A DNA stretch of 53,708 nucleotides from Candidatus Nealsonbacteria bacterium (GTDB lineage: Bacteria > Patescibacteriota > Minisyncoccia > Minisyncoccales > PWPS01), in NCBI GenBank assembly GCA_003559635.1, contig PWKU01000027.1, forward strand, positions 1-53,708. The letters run 5' to 3'. Both the position numbers and the translations under genes were made by a program. Shown here piece after piece: positions 6,726-15,882 of this stretch (its first letter is position 1; each line of letters begins with the position of its first letter). The notes beneath the pieces were generated by a model. That model was given only the letters and a program-made list of their open reading frames with translations, ran no database searches and had not been told where the DNA came from.

Positions 6726-8612
6726 ATGAAGTCAGAAGAACTAAGAAGAAAATTTTTATCATTTTATAGAGAAAGAAATCACTCCATTATTCCTCCATCT
6801 TCTTTGATTCCGGAGGAAGATGCCACACTTCTTTTTGTTAATTCGGGGATGTTTCCTCTTGTTCCATACTTGCTTGGTGAAGACCATCCCGAAGGAAGCA
6901 GAATTGCGGATGTGCAAAAATGTTTCCGCAGCGACGATATAGAAGAAATCGGAGATAAGAGGCACACGACATTTTTTGAGATGCTCGGAAATTGGTCTCT
7001 TGGAGATTATTTTAAGAAAGAACAGATTGAGTGGGTTTTCGAACTTTTTACGGAGGGATATAAAATTGAGGCTGAAAAATTATACGTTACTGTTTATCGG
7101 GGGAATAAAAACATAGGGATTGAGAAAGACAGGGAAGCTGTTGAAATATGGAAGAATGTTTTTAAAGAAAAAGGAATAGAGGCAAAAGATGTTGATTTTG
7201 CTAAAGAGAAGGGCATGCAAGGAGGCCGTATATTCTATTATCCCGATAAAGACAACTGGTGGTCAAGGACTGGCGTTCCTGAGAACATGCCAAATGGTGA
7301 GCCAGGAGGCCCGGACAGTGAAATATTTTATGACTTGGGAGAGAGAGCCGGCCATCATGAAAAATCACCGTGGAAAGATGCTCCGTGCCACGTTAATTGT
7401 GATTGCGGAAGATTTATTGAAATAGGGAACAGTGTTTTTATTCAGTTTGTTAAAACGGAGAAAGGGTTTGAAAAACTTCCAAGGCAAAATGTTGATTTTG
7501 GAGGTGGGCTTGAAAGAATCGCGATGATTGCACAAAAAAAGACAAGCATCTTTGAGACGGACTTATTCCTTCCGATTATTGAAAGAATAGAACAGCTTTC
7601 CCGATGCAAATACCATGACAGACACAAATCTTTCGAGGTTATTGCAGACCACATTAAAGCGGCAGTTTTCATTATTGGGGATGAGAAAGGAGTTGCTCCC
7701 TCAAACAAGCAACAGGGGTATTTTGTCAGAAGATTAATAAGAAGAGCGATAAGGCATGGGAAACAGCTAAACATTGAGGGAGACAAGTGGATTGGGGAGG
7801 TAGCAGGAGAAGTTATAAATATTTATAAAGATATTTATCCGGAAGTGAAAAAAAATGTCCCTTTTATTTTTGAGGAGATGCAGAAAGAGCAGAAAACTTT
7901 TGAAAAAACTCTAGCGAGAGGCCTGAAAGAGTTCGAGAAGCTAAAAAGCGAAAAGATTATTGACGGAAAATCAGTAGCCTTCCTTTACCAAACATATGGC
8001 TTTCCGGTAGAGTTAACCGAAGAAATGGCGGAAGAGAGAGGACAAGAAGTTGATAAGGAAGGATTTAAGGAAGAAATGAAAAAACATCAGGAACTTTCCC
8101 GCGAGCTTTCTGCAGGTGTTTTTAAAAGTGGGCTTGCGGATACCGGTGAAAAAACGGTTAAATTCCATACGGCAACACATCTTTTGCTCTCCGCATTGCG
8201 AAAAGTTCTCGGTGAGAGTGTTTTGCAAAAAGGGAGTAATATAACAAAGGAAAGGTTGCGTTTCGATTTTTCTTACGAAAGAAAGCTTAACCGGGAAGAA
8301 ATCGAGACAGTAGAAAATTTGGTAAATGAGATGATAGAGAAGGATCTGGAAGTGAAGAAAGAAGAAATGGACACTGATAAGGCTTTAAAATCGGGAGTGG
8401 TGGCATCATTTACGGAAAAATATTCATCAAAAGTCTTGGTTTATTCAATAATCGGCAAAGATGGAGAGATTTTTTCCAGAGAAATTTGCAGCGGTCCGCA
8501 TGTTGAAAGAACATCCGTATTGGGAAAATTTTCTATTAAGAAAGAAGAGTCTTCTTCCTCGGGAGTAAGAAGAATAAAAGCGGTGTTAAAAGACGGGGAA
8601 GAGGAAAAATAA
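6726..8612 (+). CDS. alaS: Alanine--tRNA ligase (compact, 628 aa, apparently lacking the C-terminal C-Ala domain)
   Basis: VNSGMFPLVPY, QKCFR, HTTFFEMLGNWSLGDYF, GGGLERI, plus editing-domain HTATHLL and CSGPHV. ATG at 6726 is preferred to the TTG at 6705, which overlaps tpiA. Confidence 0.92.
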   Translation: MKSEELRRKFLSFYRERNHSIIPPSSLIPEEDATLLFVNSGMFPLVPYLLGEDHPEGSRIADVQKCFRSDDIEEIGDKRHTTFFEMLGNWSLGDYFKKEQIEWVFELFTEGYKIEAEKLYVTVYRGNKNIGIEKDREAVEIWKNVFKEKGIEAKDVDFAKEKGMQGGRIFYYPDKDNWWSRTGVPENMPNGEPGGPDSEIFYDLGERAGHHEKSPWKDAPCHVNCDCGRFIEIGNSVFIQFVKTEKGFEKLPRQNVDFGGGLERIAMIAQKKTSIFETDLFLPIIERIEQLSRCKYHDRHKSFEVIADHIKAAVFIIGDEKGVAPSNKQQGYFVRRLIRRAIRHGKQLNIEGDKWIGEVAGEVINIYKDIYPEVKKNVPFIFEEMQKEQKTFEKTLARGLKEFEKLKSEKIIDGKSVAFLYQTYGFPVELTEEMAEERGQEVDKEGFKEEMKKHQELSRELSAGVFKSGLADTGEKTVKFHTATHLLLSALRKVLGESVLQKGSNITKERLRFDFSYERKLNREEIETVENLVNEMIEKDLEVKKEEMDTDKALKSGVVASFTEKYSSKVLVYSIIGKDGEIFSREICSGPHVERTSVLGKFSIKKEESSSSGVRRIKAVLKDGEEEK

Positions 8613-8720
8613 ATTGAATTATCTTTGGGAAGTAGAACCCATCTAAAAATAAACGGTGCTTGATATTTTCGGTGATTAAATATAGAGTGATATTATGTCT
8701 AAATTTTATATTCAAAAAAA

Positions 8721-9935
8721 ATGAGAAAAAAAGTGATTGATATCTTTCCTCCTTATGAGAAAAGGATTAAAATGATAACAAAAAGCGGCGGAGACAAGAG
8801 CACGGCAAAGAGGTGCAGTGGGTGGTTGGCTCTTTTGTTGCTTGTTTTGTTTTCTCTGGCCGGTTATTTCTACTACATCTCTTACAAGGTGGAGGTCACC
8901 ATAACGCCTGTTACAGAAGCTTTTGCCGCAGAAAAGGATATTTTAGTAAGAGCTTTTGGCTCGATTGGAAACGGGGAAGCGAGAGGGGTTGTGTTTAATG
9001 AAAGGGTTTCCGGTGAGCGTGAATTTGAAGTAGAGGGAAGGAGAACTATTGAAGAGAGGGCGATAGGAGAGATTAAAGTGTGCCAAGATTACAGAGATAG
9101 CGATGCTCATTTTGTGGAAGGAACACGCTTTATCTCCGATGATGGGAAAATGTTTTTTGCAACGGAAGGATTCGTGTTACCACCAAGGCAAGTTGAAGGT
9201 GGTTGTGGTCTGGTAGAGGTTGAAGCGGCAGACACGGGAGAAGATTATAATATTCCTTCCGATTCCAAATTTGCTCTTCCCGCACTACAGGGAACGGCCA
9301 TTTATGGAAACGTTAAAGGAATTTCTTTTGATTTAAAAAAAGAAGGTGTTTCAAAAGAAGTTCCGTATCTTGATGATGCTACAATGGAAAGGGCTCAAGC
9401 ACAGATGAGCGAAGAACTTTTTCAAAAAGGAATAGATATTTTGAAGGAAGACTATGGGGAAGAGTATTTCATCGGTGATGAAAATCAATATACTATAGAG
9501 ATTACGGAGAAAGGTTTTGCGGAAGATCCTTCGGAAAACGGGGAGAAAGAGACTTTCTATTTCAAACTCGATACTAATATTAAGGTAATCGGAGTGGGGA
9601 AAGAAGAAATGGAAAAAGTTCTTCTTTCTGTTTTACCCGAAGATCATACCTGGATAGAAGGAGAAGAGAACCTAAGATTAAGTTTTCAAAGGATTAATTT
9701 TGAAGAAGGAGAAGCTGATATAAAGGTTGAATTTTCAGCAGATATATACGAGAAGATTGATAAAGAAGGATGGAAAAGAGAACTTCTGGGAAAGAGCTTT
9801 GCCGAGGCGGAACAGATTCTAAGAGAAAACATCCTGGTAGAGGATTTAGAAATAAAAACGAAACCTTTCGGCCTTAGTAAAATACCCGAATCGGCACAAA
9901 GGGTGGAGGTAATTCTCGAATTTGACAAAAACTAG
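8721..9935 (+). CDS. Hypothetical membrane-anchored protein (one N-terminal TM helix, large extracytoplasmic domain)
   Basis: 404-aa ORF with TM segment WLALLLLVLFSLAGYFYYISY. The central block GTRFISDDGKMFFATEGFVLPP...VEVEAADTGEDYNIPSDSKFALPALQGT resembles baseplate J/gp47-like proteins common in CPR genomes; this is recalled from memory and unverified. Confidence 0.6.
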   Translation: MRKKVIDIFPPYEKRIKMITKSGGDKSTAKRCSGWLALLLLVLFSLAGYFYYISYKVEVTITPVTEAFAAEKDILVRAFGSIGNGEARGVVFNERVSGEREFEVEGRRTIEERAIGEIKVCQDYRDSDAHFVEGTRFISDDGKMFFATEGFVLPPRQVEGGCGLVEVEAADTGEDYNIPSDSKFALPALQGTAIYGNVKGISFDLKKEGVSKEVPYLDDATMERAQAQMSEELFQKGIDILKEDYGEEYFIGDENQYTIEITEKGFAEDPSENGEKETFYFKLDTNIKVIGVGKEEMEKVLLSVLPEDHTWIEGEENLRLSFQRINFEEGEADIKVEFSADIYEKIDKEGWKRELLGKSFAEAEQILRENILVEDLEIKTKPFGLSKIPESAQRVEVILEFDKN

Positions 9936-9970
9936 AAAAATTGTTATCCTTAAACTCGCTAAATTCATAA

Positions 9971-10183
9971 ATGAGTTCCAGTAATAATAAACAGAGAGGA
10001 GTAGTTTTGGAAGCGTTGCCCAATACGCATTTTAGGGTTAGGCTTGACAACGGAAATGAAGTAAGCGCTCATTTGGCCGGAAAATTGAGAATTCATCGAA
10101 TAAAAATTCTTACAGGTGATAAGGTAACGGTTGAAGTGAATGATTACGACGAGACCAAGGGAAGAATTATTTATCGCGGATGA
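9971..10183 (+). CDS. infA: Translation initiation factor IF-1
   Basis: 70 aa S1-like OB fold: [46 protein letters not shown]. Confidence 0.95.
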   Translation: MSSSNNKQRGVVLEALPNTHFRVRLDNGNEVSAHLAGKLRIHRIKILTGDKVTVEVNDYDETKGRIIYRG

Positions 10184-10220
10184 CAATTTCTACCGAAGAA
10201 GGGGATGTTTGGCGTAAACC

Positions 10221-10245
10221 ATACAGAAAAAATCTGTATTTTTTA
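10221..10245 (+). terminator. Weak intrinsic terminator-like hairpin after infA
   Basis: atacaga-aaaaa-tctgtat followed by TTTTT. The stem is only 7 bp and AT-rich. Confidence 0.3.
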
Positions 10246-10350
10246 TGCTTTTTGTTTTACCCTTGGTAGAAGCCGATTTTAGCAAGCAGGAAGAAAGTAA
10301 AATATTATAAGATATTGCAACAGGGCTAAAAAACGCCGGTTGCCAGTGAA

Positions 10351-10464
10351 ATGAAAGTACAATCGTCGGTAAAAAAAATTTGTAAAGATTGCAAGGTTGT
10401 TCGTAGAAAGGGCAGAGTTTATGTGATTTGCAAGAATAAGAGACACAAGCAAAGGCAAGGATAG
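10351..10464 (+). CDS. rpmJ: 50S ribosomal protein L36
   Basis: 37-aa ORF not in the track: [37 protein letters not shown]. Has the canonical CxxC...C...H zinc-ribbon pattern and sits between infA and rpsM. Confidence 0.93.
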   Translation: MKVQSSVKKICKDCKVVRRKGRVYVICKNKRHKQRQG

Positions 10465-10641
10465 TACTTATATCGTAGAAGGGAGTTCTAAATTATAAAT
10501 TTCAAATTACAGACCGCAAACAATCAGGCCCGCTCACTTTCAATTCTTCGGAAAACCAAACAAGGATAAAATCCGTAAAAGTTTTCCAGTTTGAAGCTGA
10601 GGTTTTGGCTTTCGGGATTTGTTTGCAATTTTAGTGATATT

Positions 10642-11031
10642 ATGATGAGAATTTCAGGAAAAACCATACCAAAAGACAAGAGAGTGGTAATTGCCCTTAC
10701 CTATATTTACGGTGTTGGCCAGTCTCTCAGCAAGAAAGTTTTAAAGGAGGCGGGTGTTAGTGAGTCTAAAAGAGCCTCAGAGCTTACCGATGATGAAGTA
10801 AAAAAAGTAAGAGAAATTATTGAGAAAAGACACAAAACCGAAGGAGAGTTGCGTAGAGAGAGAAGAGATTCTGTTGAGAGATTGAAAAGAATTGATTGTT
10901 ACAGAGGAGTAAGGCACAAAAGGAGTCTGCCTGTTAAGGGGCAAAACACAAGAACCAATAGTCGGACCGTGAGAGGAAATGTGAGAAGAGTTGCCGGTTC
11001 GGGAAAGAAGGGAGCTCCGGCGCCAAAATAA
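10642..11031 (+). CDS. rpsM: 30S ribosomal protein S13
   Basis: MMRISGKTIPKDKRVVIALTYIYGVG matches the S13 N-terminus. The track ORF (10591) begins at an upstream non-ATG codon. Confidence 0.93.
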   Translation: MMRISGKTIPKDKRVVIALTYIYGVGQSLSKKVLKEAGVSESKRASELTDDEVKKVREIIEKRHKTEGELRRERRDSVERLKRIDCYRGVRHKRSLPVKGQNTRTNSRTVRGNVRRVAGSGKKGAPAPK

Positions 11032-11054
11032 ATTAAAGCAAAAAACGATAAAGC

Positions 11055-11501
11055 ATGGGAAAAAAAAGAGTAATAAAAAAATCCGAAGAAGAGCTTTTGG
11101 AAGAAGCGAAAGAGGGGGGTGTTAAGAAAAAAAAAGGAAAGACAAGAAGGAGGGGTGTCGATTACGGGCGTATTTATATCTCCGCTTCATATAATAATAC
11201 CATGATGACTCTTACGGATAAGCAGGGGAAAGTTTTGGCCTGGGCAAGCGCTGGAAATATGGGTTTTAAGGGCACGAAGAAAGCGACACCTTATGCGGCT
11301 TCCGAAGTAACCAATGCCCTTTCCGAAAAGGCAGAAAAAATGGGAGTTAAAGAAATAGATATTTTTGTAAAAGGAGTGGGAAGCGGAAGATCTTCCGCAC
11401 TAAGAGCGTTGTCCGCCAAAAATATTATTATAAACTTAATTAAAGATGTGACGCCCATTCCACACAACGGGTGCCGTCCGAAAAAACCAAGAAGAGTATA
11501 G
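11055..11501 (+). CDS. rpsK: 30S ribosomal protein S11 with a roughly 30-aa K/E-rich N-terminal extension
   Basis: GRIYISASYNNTMMTLTD...GFKGTKKATPYAA...IKDVTPIPHNGCRPKKPRR. Confidence 0.93.
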   Translation: MGKKRVIKKSEEELLEEAKEGGVKKKKGKTRRRGVDYGRIYISASYNNTMMTLTDKQGKVLAWASAGNMGFKGTKKATPYAASEVTNALSEKAEKMGVKEIDIFVKGVGSGRSSALRALSAKNIIINLIKDVTPIPHNGCRPKKPRRV

Positions 11502-11505
11502 TATT

Positions 11506-12138
11506 ATGAGAAAATCTACCGAGTGCAAAAAGTGTCGACGGACGGGAGTCAAACTTTTTTTGAAAGGAGAAAAGTGTGAGTCCCAAAAATGTCCGATGAT
11601 AAAAAAACCGTATCCTCCAGGACAAAAGCCTAAGAGACGGAAAGGTCATCTTTCCCAATACGGAAAGGAGCTTATCGAAAAGCAAAAGCTCCGCTATTGG
11701 TATGATCTTCAAGAAAGACAGTTTGTTCGCTACGTGACGGCTGTGATTAATAGCCAAAGAGAAACAGAGTCTGCGGGTGATCAATTGTTAAGAAGACTTG
11801 AAGAAAGATTGGATAATATGGTTTATCGCTCCGGCTTTTCATCCTCAAGGTCACAAGCAAGGCAGATGGTTAATCATGGGTTTTTTCTTGTTAATGGAAA
11901 ACCTGTCGATAGACCGTCTTACAGAATAAAAACGGGAGATGTTATTTCCGTTCGTCCCGGTAAAACAAAGAAAGTTAGTTTTGAAAATTTTAGCGAAAGA
12001 ATGAAAAACTTTGTTTCCCCGTCATGGATTTCGTTGGACACGGAGAATCTGACGGCGAAAGTTACCGGAAATGCGGTAATTGAAGAAATTGCTCCACCAG
12101 TGGAAATTTCTTCTATTTTTGAGTTCTATTCAAGATAG
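11506..12138 (+). CDS. rpsD: 30S ribosomal protein S4
   Basis: N-terminal Cys cluster (CKKCRR...CESQKC), YGKELIEKQKLRYWY, and S4 domain RLDNMVYRSGF...ARQMVNHGFFLVNGK. Confidence 0.93.
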   Translation: MRKSTECKKCRRTGVKLFLKGEKCESQKCPMIKKPYPPGQKPKRRKGHLSQYGKELIEKQKLRYWYDLQERQFVRYVTAVINSQRETESAGDQLLRRLEERLDNMVYRSGFSSSRSQARQMVNHGFFLVNGKPVDRPSYRIKTGDVISVRPGKTKKVSFENFSERMKNFVSPSWISLDTENLTAKVTGNAVIEEIAPPVEISSIFEFYSR

Positions 12139-12219
12139 TAAAAATAATAATCAATACTAATAATCTAACCATTACCGATAAGGCACCTGTATTATGGGTT
12201 GTGGTTTATAATTTGAGAT

Positions 12220-13176
12220 ATGATTTCGTTACCATCAAAGCCAAAAATCGTAGAGAAAAAAGAGGACAACAAAACTCTTTTTGAAATAGACTCTCTTTAT
12301 CCGGGATATGGTGTGACTATAGGCAATAGTCTAAGAAGAACTCTTCTTTCTTCTCTTACCGGAGCGGCGGTTACAAAAGTGAAAATAAACGAAGTAAATC
12401 ACGAATTTTCAACTATTCCCGGAGTAATGGAAGATGTAATTACGATTATACTTAACCTAAAAGAGCTCCGGTTCCGCGTTCACTCGGAGGAACCCCAAAT
12501 AGTGAAGCTCAGAGTAAAGGGAGAATCGGAGGTGAAGGGGTCTAATCTTGAGATCCCCACCCAAGTAGAGCTTGTTAATCCCGAAACACACATAGCAACT
12601 CTTACAAATAAGAGCGCGTCTTTAGAAATGGAAATGGAGGTTGAAAAGGGGATGGGATATTCTTCATCGGATGATAGAAAAGAAGAAAAGCTTGAAGTTG
12701 GGCAAATTATTATTGATTCCATTTTTACTCCCGTAAAGAGAGCAAACTTTTATGTTGAAAATATGCGTGTCGGAAAAAGAACGGACTTTGACCGGCTTTT
12801 TGTGGAAGTGGAAACGGACAAAACAATATCCCCGGAAGAAGCTTTGTTCCAGGCCGTGGATATCTTGAAAAAGCATTTTGAAATTTTCTCCTCCTTTAAA
12901 GATAAGGAAGAAAAAAAAGACGCTAAAGGAAGCAAGGGGAAAAAGGAAAAAAAGGAAGAAAAACAAGCGGAAATCGATGATTTGGAGCTTGAAGATTTAA
13001 AAATTTCCACGCGTACTATAAACGCTTTAAGAGATAACAAGATTAAGAAAGTTAAGGATCTTCTCAAGAAGAAGGAAGATGATGTTGCGTCTTTTAGTGG
13101 AATGGGAGCAAAAGGGGTTGATGAAATAAAGAAAGCACTGAAAAAGAAAAAACTTTCCCTAAAAACGGAAAAATAA
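12220..13176 (+). CDS. rpoA: DNA-directed RNA polymerase subunit alpha
   Basis: [17 protein letters not shown] and [25 protein letters not shown], plus C-terminal-domain [14 protein letters not shown]-rich insert (about 12898-12966) separates the N- and C-terminal domains. Confidence 0.93.
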   Translation: MISLPSKPKIVEKKEDNKTLFEIDSLYPGYGVTIGNSLRRTLLSSLTGAAVTKVKINEVNHEFSTIPGVMEDVITIILNLKELRFRVHSEEPQIVKLRVKGESEVKGSNLEIPTQVELVNPETHIATLTNKSASLEMEMEVEKGMGYSSSDDRKEEKLEVGQIIIDSIFTPVKRANFYVENMRVGKRTDFDRLFVEVETDKTISPEEALFQAVDILKKHFEIFSSFKDKEEKKDAKGSKGKKEKKEEKQAEIDDLELEDLKISTRTINALRDNKIKKVKDLLKKKEDDVASFSGMGAKGVDEIKKALKKKKLSLKTEK

Positions 13177-13523
13177 TGCCAAAAATAAAAAATAAAAGAA
13201 GATTTAGCAGGAAAAGGGATCAGCGTCGAGCTCTTCTTGTTGCTCTTGCCCGTGCTCTTATCTTAAACGAAAAGATAAAAACAACCGAGGCAAAAGCAAA
13301 AGAGTTGAGGCCTTTTGTTGAGAAGCTTATAACAAGAGGCAAAGAAGAAGGTATCCATGGGAGAAGAATTTTGGTTGCCAGACTCCAAGAAGACGTTGCC
13401 GAGAAACTTGTAAAAGAGATTGCACCGCGCTACCGCGAGAGAGCGGGTGGGTATACCAGGATTTTGAAACTCGGACCCAGGTTAGAAGATGGTGCAAAAA
13501 TGGTTATTATTGAGCTTGTATAA
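13176..13523 (+). CDS. rplQ: 50S ribosomal protein L17
   Basis: [42 protein letters not shown]...[12 protein letters not shown]. The start overlaps the rpoA stop (TAATG). Confidence 0.93.
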   Translation: MPKIKNKRRFSRKRDQRRALLVALARALILNEKIKTTEAKAKELRPFVEKLITRGKEEGIHGRRILVARLQEDVAEKLVKEIAPRYRERAGGYTRILKLGPRLEDGAKMVIIELV

Positions 13524-13528
13524 TTACT

Positions 13529-13873
13529 ATGAGAAGAACATACACTGTTGATGTTAAAAAGAGGCCACTAGGAAGAGTCGCTACGGAAATAGCGGGTCTT
13601 TTGATGGGTAAAAACGATGAAAATTACAGGCCTCACGAAGACAAAGGAGCTTTTGTTGTTGTAAAAAATATTGAAGAGGTCGCCCTCACGGGCAAAAAAA
13701 GTGAAAATAAAAAGTATTATTATCACAGCGGTTACCCGGGTGGGTTAAAAGAGGTTTCCTACGAAAAGCTTTTGCAAAAGAGCCGATCAGCCGCCTTAAA
13801 AAAAGCGGTCTACGGGATGCTTCCAAAAAATAAATTAAGGAGGGAGATGATAAAAAGAATTAAAATAGATTAG
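13529..13873 (+). CDS. rplM: 50S ribosomal protein L13 (short, 114 aa)
   Basis: LGRVATEIAGLLMGKN...YRPHEDKGAFVVVKN...YYYHSGYPGGLK...AVYGMLPKNKL. Confidence 0.9.
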   Translation: MRRTYTVDVKKRPLGRVATEIAGLLMGKNDENYRPHEDKGAFVVVKNIEEVALTGKKSENKKYYYHSGYPGGLKEVSYEKLLQKSRSAALKKAVYGMLPKNKLRREMIKRIKID

Positions 13874-13875
13874 CA

Positions 13876-14295
13876 ATGCCGACAAAAACAAAAGAAAAAA
13901 AAGAGGCAAAATATTATCAAGCGGTTGGTAGGAGAAAAGAGGCTACATGTGTGGTTCGTATTTATGAAAATAAGAGTGGGGAGATAACAATTAATGAAAA
14001 AAAGTTTGAAGATTACTTTCCCGCGAAAGATTTACAGAAAATGGTGAAAGAACCTCTTGATGAACTGGGCTTGTTGAGTAAATTCTCGGTTACTGCAAAA
14101 GTCTCAGGAGGAGGTGTTAAGTCTCAGACTAAAGCCGTTCAACATGGAATTGCCAGAGCACTTGTCCTTTTTGACGAGACTTTCCGAAAGCAATTAAAGT
14201 CTGCGGGACACATTACTCGTGATCCAAGAATGAGAGAAAGAAAGAAGCCAGGACTGAAAAGAGCGAGAAGAGCTTCTCAGTGGAGAAAAAGATAG
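13876..14295 (+). CDS. rpsI: 30S ribosomal protein S9
   Basis: GRRKEATCVVRI...GGGVKSQTKAVQHGIARAL...TRDPRMRERKKPGLKRARRASQWRKR. Confidence 0.93.
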   Translation: MPTKTKEKKEAKYYQAVGRRKEATCVVRIYENKSGEITINEKKFEDYFPAKDLQKMVKEPLDELGLLSKFSVTAKVSGGGVKSQTKAVQHGIARALVLFDETFRKQLKSAGHITRDPRMRERKKPGLKRARRASQWRKR

Positions 14296-14383
14296 TCTTT
14301 TTTAATATATTTGGTGATAGGAGGGCCGCAAGAAATGCGGTCTTTATCTCCTAAAAGGTGCGTAGGTTCGGCCCTTCCGCCCA

Positions 14384-14420
14384 AAAAAGCATTGCAGGGT
14401 CTGACCCTGCAATGCTTTTT
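14384..14420 (-). repeat. Intergenic repeat family B, core palindrome, inverted copy; doubles as a terminator-like hairpin after rpsI
   Basis: aaaaagcattgcagggtc-t-gaccctgcaatgcttttt has 18-nt arms and an A-run/T-run. The reverse complement, with flanks (cccctt...; ...ttgggcgg), aligns with the copies at 23.4 and 42.8 kb. Confidence 0.8.
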
Positions 14421-14483
14421 AAGGGGAAAGCAGTTTGATATTTGCCATAGCCTATATTATAATTACCTATTAAACAGAAATTT

Positions 14484-15782
14484 ATGTCCGACAAGCTAAT
14501 TATTGAGGGGAGGAGCAAGTTGGAAGGGGTTATTGATGTAAAAGGATCAAAAAATGCCGCGACACCGATTATTGCGGCAACACTGCTCACTTCTTCCCCT
14601 TGCGTGCTAGACAATATTCCTTTTATTGGAGATGTAAAGGCGATGCTGGAAATTGTGAAAGGGATGGGTGCACAAGTGGAATATATCGGGAGAAACAGAG
14701 TGAAGATAACGGCTAAGGAAATTAATCCGGCGAAGTTGAATTTTGGTCTCGTGAACAAAATGCGTTCGTCGATTCTCTTAGTTGGACCACTTCTTGCAAG
14801 ATTTGGATATGTAAGGATGCCACAGCCGGGAGGGTGTGTTATAGGGGCTCGACCGATCGATTATCATATCAACGCTTTTTCTAGAATGGGGGTGGATGTT
14901 GAAGAGTTCGGATTGAAAAAAAATGGGGAAAGGAAATCAAATGTGTATCATTTTACGGCAAAGAAAGGACTCCGGGGGAGAGATGTTGTTTTTGACGGAT
15001 TCTCTGTTACCGGAACAGAAAACATTTTAATGGCGGCAACGCTTGCTAAAGGGAAAACCGTTATTAAAATTGCCGCCTCGGAGCCCCATGTTCAAGATCT
15101 TGCCGTCTTTTTGAAAAAAATGGGAGCTGATATAAAGGGAGAAGGAACCAATACGATAGAAATAAAGGGAAAAGAAAAGCTCCACGGAGCGGAGCACGCC
15201 GTTTGTTATGATTACGTGGAAGCGGGAACTCTCGTGCTACTGGTTCTTGCGGCCAAAGGAAAAGTGCGGGTAGAAAATTTTCCCGTAAAAAACCTTGAAT
15301 TGTTGCTCAGTAAACTAAAAAGATTTGGGGGAAAGATAAAAATTGAGAAAAACGCGGTCGTTGTTTCTCCTTGGAAAAATCTTGCCATAGACAAAATACA
15401 GGCAATGCCGTACCCGGGAATACCTACCGACCTTCAGGCTCCGCTTGGGGTTCTTTCAACTCAGGCAAAGGGACTAACTCTTATTCATGACCCGATTTAT
15501 GAAGGAAGATTGAAGTATCTTGAAGAGTTAAACAAAATGGGTGCGGAAATTGTTTCTTGCGATCCGCACAGGGCGATAATTAACGGTCCGACAAAGTTGC
15601 ATGGAACAAAACTTGACCCGTTGGATTTGCGCGCTGGAGCGGCGCTTATTATTGCCGGAATGATTGCGGAAGGAACAACCATTATCAGGGATGTTTCTCA
15701 GGCCGATAGGGGGTACGAAGAAATAGACAAGCGTCTTTGCAAAATAGGAGCGAAAATAAAAAGAATGGAGAACGACAATTAA
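14484..15782 (+). CDS. murA: UDP-N-acetylglucosamine 1-carboxyvinyltransferase
   Basis: LIIEGRSKLEGVIDVKGSKNAATPIIAA, active-site Cys context PGGCVIGARPIDYH, and the C-terminal DRGYE block. Confidence 0.93.
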   Translation: MSDKLIIEGRSKLEGVIDVKGSKNAATPIIAATLLTSSPCVLDNIPFIGDVKAMLEIVKGMGAQVEYIGRNRVKITAKEINPAKLNFGLVNKMRSSILLVGPLLARFGYVRMPQPGGCVIGARPIDYHINAFSRMGVDVEEFGLKKNGERKSNVYHFTAKKGLRGRDVVFDGFSVTGTENILMAATLAKGKTVIKIAASEPHVQDLAVFLKKMGADIKGEGTNTIEIKGKEKLHGAEHAVCYDYVEAGTLVLLVLAAKGKVRVENFPVKNLELLLSKLKRFGGKIKIEKNAVVVSPWKNLAIDKIQAMPYPGIPTDLQAPLGVLSTQAKGLTLIHDPIYEGRLKYLEELNKMGAEIVSCDPHRAIINGPTKLHGTKLDPLDLRAGAALIIAGMIAEGTTIIRDVSQADRGYEEIDKRLCKIGAKIKRMENDN

Positions 15783-15882
15783 TCACTGGCGAAAGTGGTG
15801 CTCCGGATAACCGGCAATTAACTGTGACCACTCCCCATGGCTATTGTAAAATATAGATGCCAAATGTAATATCTAAGACATT

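Noticed and set aside
10634-10641. TG-a-TATTAT extended -10 look-alike immediately before the rpsM ATG
   Set aside because: A transcript from it would start inside the conserved S13 N-terminus. It is probably a chance match in AT-rich sequence.
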